This document shows positions 29,905 to 39,059 of a stretch of 64,000 bases of DNA, piece by piece (position 1 is the stretch's first letter; every line of letters starts with the position of its first letter). A program made the position numbers and the translations under genes. The DNA lies in contig JBBRZG010000001.1 of assembly GCA_038236905.1 (NCBI GenBank), positions 13,933 to 77,932 of the forward strand. Reading direction: 5' to 3'. Source of the DNA: Burkholderiales bacterium. GTDB taxonomy: Bacteria > Pseudomonadota > Gammaproteobacteria > Burkholderiales > Usitatibacteraceae. The notes under the pieces are model-generated. The model did no database searches. It had not been told where the DNA came from and saw only the letters and a program-made list of their open reading frames with translations.

Positions 29905-32070
29905 TCAGGCCGCCAGCGAGAATGTGACGCTGAACTGAGTATAAATATTCGGGCGACTGCCTAAACGAATTTGCGCGCCCATAATTTTTACTTTTTCTGC
30001 TACCACATCAAGCCCGACGCCGCGCCCCGCGTCACGATCCACGGTCGGCGATGTACTGATACCGGGCTCAAAAAGTTTCATTACCAAAGTGCGCTCATCA
30101 AGCGCATCTGCTTCCGCCTGTGAATAGCGTCCACTTTTTAGCAGCGATTCGCGAATGTGGTTAGGGATTACGCCACGCCCGTCGTCGCGGACTGCAAATT
30201 CAAATTTATCGGCGTCCAGCCGTTTCAAGGAGACGTGAATATTGCCGGATTCAGTTTTGCTATTGATCGCCCGTTCGTTGGCGTCCTCGATGCCGTGCAC
30301 CACCGCGTTCCTCACCAACTGTATCGCGATATCGCGAAGCATGGCGGCCTTGCGCTCTGGAAGCGACCCAAAGTCCGGCACATCCGCCGTCACGCGGACT
30401 TTCTTCTTCTGGTTGGCGGCAACTTTTTCGGCGAGTGCTTCCAGCATATAGCCAAACTCATGGCCTGATGCGGCATTTTGGGTAAGGTGCGCATCTTTGC
30501 TGGTCATCCGTTCGGCAAGTGCGCGAAGTTTCGCGGTGCGGCTGTAAATATCTTCAAGGTGAGGCGGAATCGCCAGCAAATCTTCGCCGTTTAAGTTCGG
30601 GCGGTCACGTAACTCACTCAAAATGTTTTCAAACCGATGGGCCAAACTTTCGAACAGCGACAAGCTGTGCGCAGCGGCTTCGCCCTTCAGATGATGTACG
30701 AGGCGGAAAATTTCGCTGATCGTGGACGGATAATCGCGCGTCTGACCCGCACCTCGCAAAGCATCGTTGATTGCATCGAGCGATTGCTCGGTGTCGTTCA
30801 GGAATCGTCTTGACACCGCAGGTTCCAGCTCCAGCAAATCAAGCAGGCCTTTGATTTCCTCCTGGGCGCGCATCTCCGCGTCCTTCACCGCCTGGATCAG
30901 GTGCACTCGTTCTGACACGTCGTGAACGGTGACCAGCAGATGGGTGGTCTGCCGGACGCCCATTTCATTTTTTTCGCCTTTTACGCGGCTGAACAACAAA
31001 CTGACAAAGCGTAAATTACTTTTGTCTGCATCGTTGCCGGCCTTGATGGCATCGAGCGTGCCGCCCTCGTCTACACCATCGCTCGCACGCAACTCAAGTT
31101 GGCTTAGCGGGTTCAAGCTCGCCACGAGACTTTCTTTTACCCGGTCACCAAACAAAAGGCTGATGTATTCTTTCGCTGCCTCGGCCTCTTTTTCGGGTAC
31201 CAGCGTTCCTAGAACATTCAGAAAATCATCCCCCGGTACAACTCGTTTCCCAATAACTGCTGGCAGCGATGCCGACATCTGCGAACCAATCGTTCCATCA
31301 GGGTGAAGCAAAAACAATCCATCGCGAATGGTGGCAAAAATTTGCGCATTTTCTCGCTGCTGCTGCTTAACCAAGGCGTCCTGAGCGCGCAAACGCCCAA
31401 TCAGCTTGAAGCCAATAAATGCAAAATTCGCGAGCGCAAGAACAACACCCACGATATGAACTGTCCGCAAAACAGCTGTTTTTTCGGTAACGTTTTCCTC
31501 CAGTGCAGAGGTCAATTGGTTCATCAGATCAAGCACTTTGTTGCTATTGATCTTGCTGTATTCAGTCGCTTTACGAATTGTTTCAGCCGCCGGGGTAATT
31601 TCGCCCGTCAACGGATCAATGAGCGCCACAAAGGGTATCCATAATGCAGCGGCTTGTCTGAGCACATTTCGGGGCACCTCACCGTCCAGCGCCTTGATTC
31701 TCAGTTCCTGACCAGTGACGCCCACGGTGCTGCCGCCGACTGTAAATCCGCGCAATGTTGCATCAAACAGCGCCGTCGCCGCTTTTAGCTCGGCGAGTGT
31801 TCCGGTGCCGGTTTGCGCGGTGGATTGCTCAGCTTCCGCAGCATAAATAGTTTTCGCAATGCGCTGGGATAGGGTGCGCTGGCGACCGGCCAAATTCAAG
31901 GTCGCGACGTCTTCCACAATTTGATGTGACAGAAAGAGGGTCGCGGCCAGCACGATTAGATCTAAGACAATAAAGAGCCCAATCGCAGTGAGGATGCGGC
32001 GATATCGCCCTGTGCGGCGGCGTATGGGGTTTTTCGTGCTCTCCATCTTGGTCTCCCTGCGCGCCATCAA
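29905..32070 (-). CDS. Membrane-bound CheA-like kinase: periplasmic PilJ/NarX-type sensor + Hpt + HATPase, with no CheW-like domain
   Basis: TM helix, then a P-box-like NLAGRQRTLSQRIAK ectodomain, then a second TM helix. A linker of about 200 aa follows, then Hpt motif FRLVHHLKGEAAAHSL, then a CheA-type HATPase (RNAVVHGIE, DDGRGV, GRGVGLDVV). The protein ends right after the ATPase domain. Confidence 0.75.
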   Translation of the reverse strand: MMARRETKMESTKNPIRRRTGRYRRILTAIGLFIVLDLIVLAATLFLSHQIVEDVATLNLAGRQRTLSQRIAKTIYAAEAEQSTAQTGTGTLAELKAATALFDATLRGFTVGGSTVGVTGQELRIKALDGEVPRNVLRQAAALWIPFVALIDPLTGEITPAAETIRKATEYSKINSNKVLDLMNQLTSALEENVTEKTAVLRTVHIVGVVLALANFAFIGFKLIGRLRAQDALVKQQQRENAQIFATIRDGLFLLHPDGTIGSQMSASLPAVIGKRVVPGDDFLNVLGTLVPEKEAEAAKEYISLLFGDRVKESLVASLNPLSQLELRASDGVDEGGTLDAIKAGNDADKSNLRFVSLLFSRVKGEKNEMGVRQTTHLLVTVHDVSERVHLIQAVKDAEMRAQEEIKGLLDLLELEPAVSRRFLNDTEQSLDAINDALRGAGQTRDYPSTISEIFRLVHHLKGEAAAHSLSLFESLAHRFENILSELRDRPNLNGEDLLAIPPHLEDIYSRTAKLRALAERMTSKDAHLTQNAASGHEFGYMLEALAEKVAANQKKKVRVTADVPDFGSLPERKAAMLRDIAIQLVRNAVVHGIEDANERAINSKTESGNIHVSLKRLDADKFEFAVRDDGRGVIPNHIRESLLKSGRYSQAEADALDERTLVMKLFEPGISTSPTVDRDAGRGVGLDVVAEKVKIMGAQIRLGSRPNIYTQFSVTFSLAA

Positions 32071-32359
32071 ATGGCTACAGATTTAATAAGTTCTTTTAGA
32101 TTCTACAGCCCGTAGTAAACGAAGCAGTCTTCCGCATGCGTCGAGTCTCAGCGCGCTGCTGTGATTGCGCACCTGCCAAACACCAACCTCAGACGAGCCT
32201 AAATAGACTTCATCACTTAATTCTTGGTCAATTATACGAGGCGAAACTAAGTAAGGAGGACGCGATGGAGCGCGCCTGCTGTCAATTACGGTGTCTTGCG
32301 CTCAGATTGCGCCTAGAAATAGCTTGAGGGACGCGATACAAAGAAGCAGGTATGGATTG

Positions 32360-32989
32360 CTATTGAGCCCTCAGGCGCTGCCACCAAATCTTGATTTGAC
32401 GTTTGAACACGCGTACCCGCGACCGCATCACCCGATAAAGCGGCAACGCACGCACATAGGCGTAAATGCGTTGTTTCCACGCTTGAAGGGCGTTATGTGC
32501 GCGTGCAAACCAGGCAATCGTCATCAACGCGCCTTTGGTCAATGCAAAAATACGCGCTAAAAATGCAGTGCCAATAATTTTAGCCACCACGAAAACAATC
32601 GCACCCAACATGCTGTTGCCATGCGCTATTAACCAAAACGCAACTAATTTAAAGGGCAACAAGACGGCAACTGGAATTAAAAATGCGACCAGTGCAGCAT
32701 ATGGAGGCAGCCTGCCTATCTGCGATTCCACCCAGCGAACGGGTGGCAATTTCGCGAGCACGCTGGTCAAAGAAAGCATCGCCTCCCACAACCACTCTTC
32801 GATAAACAGCCACAATGCGGCGGGTATTGCCAGCAACGCGCGCATGACTCGGCTCACAACGCCAGGCGGCACCCTCGGCGGATCAGGTGCAGCCGGTAGA
32901 GGCGCGGTTTTTGTCGGCTTGGGCACAGAGCGGGCGGCTTTCCAGAATAAAAACCTGTGTTGAAGAATTCGATAAATAGACCCTTCCAA
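32360..32989 (-). CDS. Hypothetical polytopic membrane protein with Pro-rich N-terminus
   Basis: 209 aa ORF with 3-4 hydrophobic helices and a basic C-terminus. I recognise no family. Start is uncertain. Confidence 0.5.
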   Translation of the reverse strand: MEGSIYRILQHRFLFWKAARSVPKPTKTAPLPAAPDPPRVPPGVVSRVMRALLAIPAALWLFIEEWLWEAMLSLTSVLAKLPPVRWVESQIGRLPPYAALVAFLIPVAVLLPFKLVAFWLIAHGNSMLGAIVFVVAKIIGTAFLARIFALTKGALMTIAWFARAHNALQAWKQRIYAYVRALPLYRVMRSRVRVFKRQIKIWWQRLRAQ

Positions 32990-33137
32990 AAACCTTTTTA
33001 CAAGTCCAAGGAAAGGTGATGACGAGAATTATCGATGACAATAATTACAAAGCTGAGCACAACTGACCAAAGTTGAGCGAGGAAATGAACCGGAAAATGG
33101 TTAGGCTGTGCGCCAACACTTTCGACGACTGCTGAAT

Positions 33138-33800
33138 TTAGGCTTTTGTGCGTACCGACTTCAAGGCTGCATTAATTTTCGCCTCCAGTCGCGCCACCGC
33201 ATCGCGCATATTTTCGTTTTCGCCCGCAAAAGATTCAAGATCCTGCTTGCTGGTGAAGGCGCGCTTTTCCTCGGTAAGATATTCTGCGACGTTTGCCAGC
33301 AGTCTCGACTCTGCCTCGCGTGTCAATGAACGTGCCACGTTTGCGCTGCCGACTACCCGTCTCGCCGCCATATCTCCGATGAAATGGCTTAAATCCTCTT
33401 CCACATCCCAATTGATGTTGCGCGCAATTGACGATAGCGTGGATGCGAACTCGCTGTCACCGTCGAACGCGACTTCTGAGAAGGCCGATTTGTCGCCGCT
33501 GGCCAGACGCGGAAGCAAGCTTGCAGGTATGCGGAAGGCTACGTCTGGCGGGACGTCGGGGGCAGCGGCCAAAGCTGCTTCTCGCTCAGAAAACGGCAGA
33601 TTATCAGCAGCGCTTTTTGTTCTGCCAATCAATTCAAAATCACCATGCTGCGAAACCCGCAGTTGCACCGTCGCTGGCCCGACGGTCGCATCAATGGTTT
33701 TACCGGCGTCGGCTTTGAGCAACTCACGTGCGAGCGGGTAATCCGCCAGCACGTGGTTCATAAATTTAACAACCGGGTAATCTAGTGCCGTGCTATTCAC
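33138..33800 (-). CDS. ubiJ: Ubiquinone biosynthesis accessory factor UbiJ (SCP2 lipid-binding domain)
   Basis: 220 aa. SCP2-like N-terminal half, and lies downstream of ubiE and the Tim44-like gene. Confidence 0.7.
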   Translation of the reverse strand: MNSTALDYPVVKFMNHVLADYPLARELLKADAGKTIDATVGPATVQLRVSQHGDFELIGRTKSAADNLPFSEREAALAAAPDVPPDVAFRIPASLLPRLASGDKSAFSEVAFDGDSEFASTLSSIARNINWDVEEDLSHFIGDMAARRVVGSANVARSLTREAESRLLANVAEYLTEEKRAFTSKQDLESFAGENENMRDAVARLEAKINAALKSVRTKA

Positions 33801-33815
33801 GAATCAATTTTAGGG

Positions 33816-34835
33816 CTAGGCGAGCTGCTGAATTCCCGCCAGCTTCCACGTCTCTTGAGGGTCGTTCAGGCTCTTGGCCACGTGCCAGACCTCATCAAAC
33901 GGCTCAGGCAGCGCGCCGACTTCTTCGCGAATCGTGCCGCTATAACGCACGCTTGCAATCGCGCGGTTATTCTCAGTTACCACTTCCAAAACATTCACAC
34001 TCAGCGCCGTTACCTCCGTGCGCTGAACCGCTTCGCCACGTTCCTTAAACTGCATGGAGATCTCGGCAAACATCTCGGGCGATGTGAAATCGCGAATGTC
34101 ATCCAGATCTTTTGCGTCATTCGCCGCTTGTAGGCGAATAAAAGACGATTCGGCCTGACGCTCAAACGGTCCAACAGCAAAATCTGCCGGAATACGCGGA
34201 TTTAAGGTGGCAGCTTCAATTTGTGCCGCCGACGCATTTCCATCCGCTATTCGGCTGCCAATTTCGGGCGCCACAATTCTACCGCCCGCCGTATTCGGCG
34301 CTGCTGGCTTGGGGGAAGAAAATACATCACGCGGCATTTCTCTCGGCGTCGGCTGAGATGGGTTGTAGGCCGCGCCCGCACCAGCGTATTGCATGCTGTT
34401 TGGGCCGCCACCATCGGCTGCGGTCATCGCTTTTTTGCGCAAGAATGCACGGATCAACATAAACGCAGCGAACGCGATACCCGCCATCAGCAACATATCA
34501 AAAATCTTGAGGCCATCAAATCCATGCCCCATCAGCATAGACGCGAGTAAGCCACCTGCTGCCAAACCGGCCAGCGGCCCCAGCCATTTGCGCATGCCAG
34601 AAGCTGCCGGTGCGACCGGAGGGATGGCACCCGCGGCAGGGGCCGCGCCCGCCGGCGATGCCTGCGGCGGCGTCGCGGGTTTGGGTGGCGTGCCCGCATC
34701 ACGCTTCACGGAGTCACGCTGCATTCCGCTTGATTGCCCGCCGCCGAAGCGCTTCTTCGCATCCGCATCGGGCGAAAAGCCGAGCGAGGCAAAGCTCATT
34801 ACAACGATCAAAACACCAGCTATGACTGTTTTCAT
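33816..34835 (-). CDS. Tim44-like domain membrane protein
   Basis: Within ORF 33816..34871 (ATG at 34835). Signal/TM, Gly/Pro/Ala-rich linker, second TM, and a C-terminal Tim44-like domain (EMFAEISMQFKERG...WKLAGIQQ). Conserved neighbour of ubiE in betaproteobacteria. Confidence 0.7.
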   Translation of the reverse strand: MKTVIAGVLIVVMSFASLGFSPDADAKKRFGGGQSSGMQRDSVKRDAGTPPKPATPPQASPAGAAPAAGAIPPVAPAASGMRKWLGPLAGLAAGGLLASMLMGHGFDGLKIFDMLLMAGIAFAAFMLIRAFLRKKAMTAADGGGPNSMQYAGAGAAYNPSQPTPREMPRDVFSSPKPAAPNTAGGRIVAPEIGSRIADGNASAAQIEAATLNPRIPADFAVGPFERQAESSFIRLQAANDAKDLDDIRDFTSPEMFAEISMQFKERGEAVQRTEVTALSVNVLEVVTENNRAIASVRYSGTIREEVGALPEPFDEVWHVAKSLNDPQETWKLAGIQQLA

Positions 34836-34976
34836 CCAAACCTCCGGGAGCACTTCAAGCGATATTTTCATATCGTGTTGATAAAAATTATTCTCGATAT
34901 TGATTTTTCAAGTGGATGCCACCAGGCAGAAATCAAGCCTCACAACCGCTTTCTAACGCGGCTCATTCTTGGTAGC

Positions 34977-35708
34977 CTACAGCTTGATGCCTTTATGCAG
35001 CGCCGCAATGCCAGCCGTCAAATTGAAGTACTCAACTCGCGATAATCCCGCCTCTGACATCATGCCCATTAGAGTTTCCTGATCAGGGTGCATACGAATA
35101 GATTCCGCCAAATAACGATAACTTGCCTCATCTTTTGCCACATACTTGCCCATCAACGGCAGTAGATTAAACGAATACAGGTCGTATGGCTTTTTCAAGG
35201 CCTCGTTTACTTTGGAAAACTCCAGCACCAATAGGCGACCGCCGGTTTTAAGCACGCGCGTCATTTCACTCAGCGCAATTTCTTTATGCGTCATATTACG
35301 CAGACCAAACGCCACTGTCACCAAGTCAAAAGACTCACTCGCAAACGGCAATTTTTCAGCGTCACACAATGCCACAGGCAATGACAGGCCCTGATTAATC
35401 AACCGATCGCGGCCCACCCTCAGCATCGCCTCATTAATATCGGTTTGCCAGACATTCGCCGCACCGGCCGCTTTCGCAAACGTCATCGCCAGATCGCCCG
35501 ACCCGGATGCCACATCGAGCACTTTTTCACCCGGCTTGACGTTGGCCAGATCAACCGTGAATTTTTTCCAGACCCGATGAAGTCCACCTGACATCAAGTC
35601 GTTCATGATGTCGTAGCTGGGTGCGACGGAGGCAAATACCTCGCGCACCTTGCTGGATTTTTGTTCCTCGTCAACTTCCTGAAAACCGAAATGAGTTGTT
35701 TTCGTCAT
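34977..35708 (-). CDS. ubiE: Demethylmenaquinone/ubiquinone C-methyltransferase UbiE
   Basis: 243 aa starting [29 protein letters not shown] and SAM motif [11 protein letters not shown]. Confidence 0.93.
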   Translation of the reverse strand: MTKTTHFGFQEVDEEQKSSKVREVFASVAPSYDIMNDLMSGGLHRVWKKFTVDLANVKPGEKVLDVASGSGDLAMTFAKAAGAANVWQTDINEAMLRVGRDRLINQGLSLPVALCDAEKLPFASESFDLVTVAFGLRNMTHKEIALSEMTRVLKTGGRLLVLEFSKVNEALKKPYDLYSFNLLPLMGKYVAKDEASYRYLAESIRMHPDQETLMGMMSEAGLSRVEYFNLTAGIAALHKGIKL

Positions 35709-35764
35709 TGCACTTTTGCCTTTTTCGCTTTTTGGCCCTCTTACCTTTTACTTTTACCTACTTT

Positions 35765-36136
35765 CTACTCGCGGCTCGCGCCCGACTGCGCGATTCGCGC
35801 CAGATATGTCTGCCAATAACTTTCTTGGCGTTTGCCCAAATCGTAAAAGTAGTCCCAAGAATACAACCCCGTATCGTGACCGTCAGAAAACACCAATTTG
35901 ACAGCATAGTTGCCGACGGGTTCTACGGCTGTAATGTCGATATTTCGCTTTCCGACCTGTAATACTTCCTGACCCGGCCCGTGACCACGCACCTCGGCGG
36001 ACGGCGAGTGAACGCGCAGGAACTCGCATGAAAAACGAAATTCAGCCCCGTCATCGAAATGGATTTCCAATTCGCGTGACTTTTGGTGCAATTTAATTTC
36101 CGTGGGGCGAGGTGAAGTGGGGGTGAGTCCGGCCAT
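35765..36136 (-). CDS. DUF971 (gamma-butyrobetaine hydroxylase N-terminal-like) protein
   Basis: Within ORF 35765..36205 (ATG at 36136). FLRVHSPSAEV...GNYAVKLVFSDGHDTGLYSWDY is typical of DUF971. Confidence 0.7.
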   Translation of the reverse strand: MAGLTPTSPRPTEIKLHQKSRELEIHFDDGAEFRFSCEFLRVHSPSAEVRGHGPGQEVLQVGKRNIDITAVEPVGNYAVKLVFSDGHDTGLYSWDYFYDLGKRQESYWQTYLARIAQSGASRE

Positions 36137-36251
36137 TGATGCGTCCTGTTGATGAGTGCTTTTACAGCCATTACGCACATATGATACTTCGGTATTGAGC
36201 CGCAAATATGCAGAAGCTGACGACGTCCAGTGACCGCACTCATCAAAATAG

Positions 36252-36285
36252 CTGTCACATTACCTTCACAAAGCTGAAATATCAT
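36252..36285 (+). promoter_or_regulatory. Pho box plus -10 element of the phoB promoter
   Basis: CTGTCAC-ATTA-CCTTCAC (36252..36269) fits the 7-4-7 Pho box consensus CTGTCAT-A(A/T)A(T/A)-CTGTCA(C/T). TATCAT lies exactly 10 bp downstream (36280..36285). The phoB ATG is at 36317. Confidence 0.6.
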
Positions 36286-36316
36286 GTGCAGGTCAATAGA
36301 AAGGTAGTGTGATGCC

Positions 36317-37003
36317 ATGAACCCGACCATTCTCGTCGTCGAAGACGAACCTGCGATACAAGACCTGATCCAAATCAATCTGGAAATGGGCGGCTACCGC
36401 GTGCTCACCCACGATAGCGCCGAAAGCGCCTTGAAACAGGTGCAATTGGAGTTGCCAGATTTGGCATTGCTGGATTGGATGTTGCCTGGAATGAGTGGTG
36501 TTGAATTGGCACGTCGCCTGCGCGCCGATTCGCGCACTAAATCGTTGCCGATTATTTTGCTCACCGCCAAAGGCGAAGAAGAGGACAAGCTCAAGGGCCT
36601 TGAAAGTGGCGCGGATGATTACATGACCAAGCCGTTCTCTGTCCGTGAGCTCGAGGCGCGGATTAAAGCTGTGCTGCGTCGCCGCGCACCGGAACTGACG
36701 CAAGATGTAATTGAATATCATGGGCTTCGCCTCGACCCGACGTCGCACAAGATTTCAGGTCATGGCAGCACGCTGTCAATGGGGCCGACTGAATTTCGCC
36801 TGCTGCATTTTTTCATGACCCACATTGAGCGCGTTTATTCACGGACACAGTTACTCGATTTTGTATGGGGCGATCACGTGTTTATCGAAGAACGCACGGT
36901 CGACGTCCACATCCGGCGTTTACGTGCAGCGTTATCGCCGTCCAAGCACGATGCGCTGGTGCATACGGTACGGGGCAGCGGCTACAGGTTTGCCGTCGAC
37001 TGA
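36317..37003 (+). CDS. phoB: Phosphate regulon response regulator PhoB
   Basis: 228 aa OmpR-family regulator starting ILVVEDEPAIQDLI, with LLDWMLPGMSG and a winged-helix C-terminus. Pho box upstream and phoR downstream. Confidence 0.92.
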   Translation: MNPTILVVEDEPAIQDLIQINLEMGGYRVLTHDSAESALKQVQLELPDLALLDWMLPGMSGVELARRLRADSRTKSLPIILLTAKGEEEDKLKGLESGADDYMTKPFSVRELEARIKAVLRRRAPELTQDVIEYHGLRLDPTSHKISGHGSTLSMGPTEFRLLHFFMTHIERVYSRTQLLDFVWGDHVFIEERTVDVHIRRLRAALSPSKHDALVHTVRGSGYRFAVD

Positions 37004-37177
37004 CAAGCATCGCCACCATGCAGCCTCCCTGAGGCACCTCATGCCACATCGAGGCATCCTGAGGAGCAGCGCAACACCTCATGGAAACAGCTGGCACCAG
37101 CTCAGCAATATAGAGCAACGCTTTGTCGTAACATGGCGCTTGATCCGTTATCTGTGTTTAACAATTAACGCCACCTC

Positions 37178-38560
37178 ATGTCACCTGTCACCAAATTTAC
37201 ACTTGTCGCCCTGATCCGAGTCGGCCTTGCCGCCAGCGCTCTGGGCGGACTGGTCGCGCTGACCATAAATGTGACCTGGGGCGTTGCGTTGGGCGCCTTG
37301 GTCATCCTCGCCGTGGTCGGCTACTACGCCTATAAACTGGCATCACTGTCGGTATGGCTGGACGATCCGCAGGCCGCCACTTTGCCGGACGGCATCGGTT
37401 TGTGGGGCGATACCCTCGGCCATCTCTATCGCGTTATTCGCCATGAGCGAAGTTCCCAGCGCACCCTTGCCGACACGCTAAGCCGCTTTCAGGCCGCGGC
37501 CGCGGCATTACCCGATGGTGCCGTTATGCTCGACAATCAATACAACATTGTCTGGTGCAATCCGAGTGCTGAAACCCATCTTGCGGTCTCGCTTAAACGC
37601 GACCGAATGCAGGTGATAACTTATTTGATCCGCAATCCAGAATTTATTCATTATCTTGATTCACGTAATTTTTTAGAACCCCTCGTCATCCGACTTCAGC
37701 ACAATAAGTCGGCGACTAATGCAGCAAGCGCCGCCGTGACTGAAGTGATACTGTCGCTGCAGTTGGTCGCGTTTGGTGACGATCAGATGCTGCTGCTGTC
37801 TCGCGACATTTCTGAGCGTGAGCGATTGGAAACGATACGTCGGGATTTTGTGGCCAATGTATCGCATGAGCTGCGCACGCCCCTGACGGTGGTAACCGGC
37901 TTTCTGGAAACGGTGGCGATTGCCGGCACCAGCAATGAAATTTTGCTGCAAAAATCACTCGCGCACATGAGCGCGCAGACAGCACGCATGCAGCATCTCG
38001 TAGAGGACTTGCTGACGCTTTCAAGGCTGGAGGACAATCGCAACCGGCTGGCCGTATCCCCTGTGAATATTCCAGAACTTATTTCCAGCCTCCTAAATGA
38101 TGCTGAACAATTGTCTAACGGCCGCCACACCATCACCAAGCATATTGACGCACCATGGCTGCTGGGCAATCGGGACGAGATCGCTAGCGCGTTTGGCAAT
38201 TTGATCACCAATGCCGTTCGCTACACACCGGCAGGCGGCACGATCCACGCGGAGTGGTCTCAAGCCGATAAGAACGCACCGCTTATTTTTCGCGTAACCG
38301 ACAACGGCGACGGGATTAGTGCAGACCACTTGCCGCGCCTGACGGAGCGTTTCTACCGCGTGGATCGCGGGCGCTCCCGCGCGTCGGGGGGCACTGGTCT
38401 GGGCTTGGCGATCGTCAAACACGTTTTAATCCGCCACGACGGTCATCTCGAAATCCAGAGCTCGCTGGATGCCGTGCAGCACGGCACCACTTTCTCTGCG
38501 TTTTTCCCACCCGAACGTGCTTGCGCTATCGAGGACAGGATACGTGCGGTGGCTGCATAA
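37178..38560 (+). CDS. phoR: Phosphate regulon sensor kinase PhoR
   Basis: Two N-terminal TM helices, a PAS-like segment, H-box FVANVSHELRTPLT, and HATPase boxes (NAVRYT, DNGDGI, GGTGLGLAIVKH). Confidence 0.9.
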   Translation: MSPVTKFTLVALIRVGLAASALGGLVALTINVTWGVALGALVILAVVGYYAYKLASLSVWLDDPQAATLPDGIGLWGDTLGHLYRVIRHERSSQRTLADTLSRFQAAAAALPDGAVMLDNQYNIVWCNPSAETHLAVSLKRDRMQVITYLIRNPEFIHYLDSRNFLEPLVIRLQHNKSATNAASAAVTEVILSLQLVAFGDDQMLLLSRDISERERLETIRRDFVANVSHELRTPLTVVTGFLETVAIAGTSNEILLQKSLAHMSAQTARMQHLVEDLLTLSRLEDNRNRLAVSPVNIPELISSLLNDAEQLSNGRHTITKHIDAPWLLGNRDEIASAFGNLITNAVRYTPAGGTIHAEWSQADKNAPLIFRVTDNGDGISADHLPRLTERFYRVDRGRSRASGGTGLGLAIVKHVLIRHDGHLEIQSSLDAVQHGTTFSAFFPPERACAIEDRIRAVAA

Positions 38561-38666
38561 AATCGCAGTTGAGAAATAAGAAACAAGGAGCATAAGTTTC
38601 CCCAAATGCTTCTCCAAATCCCGATACGTTAGAATGCATTCTGGTTAATTTTCAAGTTGCGTAAAC

Positions 38667-39059
38667 ATGATCGGTTTATTAATTGTTGCCCACGGCACCT
38701 TGGGCGAATCGCTTATCCACTGTGCCAGCCATGTCATGGGCAAACGTCCGCTTTATCTACGCCAGCTGGGCGTCACTATTCACGACGATCCTGAAGCACT
38801 TTTGCCTCAAGGCCGTGATCTGGTGCGGTTTCTCGACCAGGGTCAGGGGGTGCTGGTGATGACCGATATTTTTGGTGCTACACCGTCGAATATCGCCTGT
38901 CGCCTACTAGAGCCGGGCCGAATTGAGGGCATTTCCGGGATCAATTTACCGATGCTTATCAAGACCTTGAGCCATCGGGATGCGTCCATGGACGAATTAA
39001 TTGAAAAATCACTGATCGGTGCCAGCGAAGGCGTTATTCGCATGCCGGGAGGATGTTAG
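38667..39059 (+). CDS. PTS EIIA component, mannose/fructose family (stand-alone)
   Basis: 130 aa starting MIGLLIVAHGTLGESL (phospho-His context), with MTDIFGATPSN. No EIIB/C/D is encoded nearby. Confidence 0.85.
   Translation: MIGLLIVAHGTLGESLIHCASHVMGKRPLYLRQLGVTIHDDPEALLPQGRDLVRFLDQGQGVLVMTDIFGATPSNIACRLLEPGRIEGISGINLPMLIKTLSHRDASMDELIEKSLIGASEGVIRMPGGC

Noticed and set aside
33148-33741. Long ORFs antisense to real genes, for example 33148..33741 (+), 34393..34881 (+), 24731..25198 (+), 227..736 (-), 37783..38211 (-), 3628..4080 (-).
   Set aside because: Each lies entirely inside a gene with clear family motifs on the other strand. Their translations are low-complexity (Ser/Ala/Arg/Pro-rich), typical of shadow ORFs in moderately GC-rich DNA. 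They have no independent start or SD context.
37092-37107. Sigma54-type promoter TGGCAC-N5-CAGCA upstream of phoR.
   Set aside because: The GG and GC spacing fits, but the -12 element lacks the TT of TTGCA. No enhancer-binding protein is adjacent, and phoR is not known to be sigma54-dependent. It is kept only as a remark in the spacer finding.
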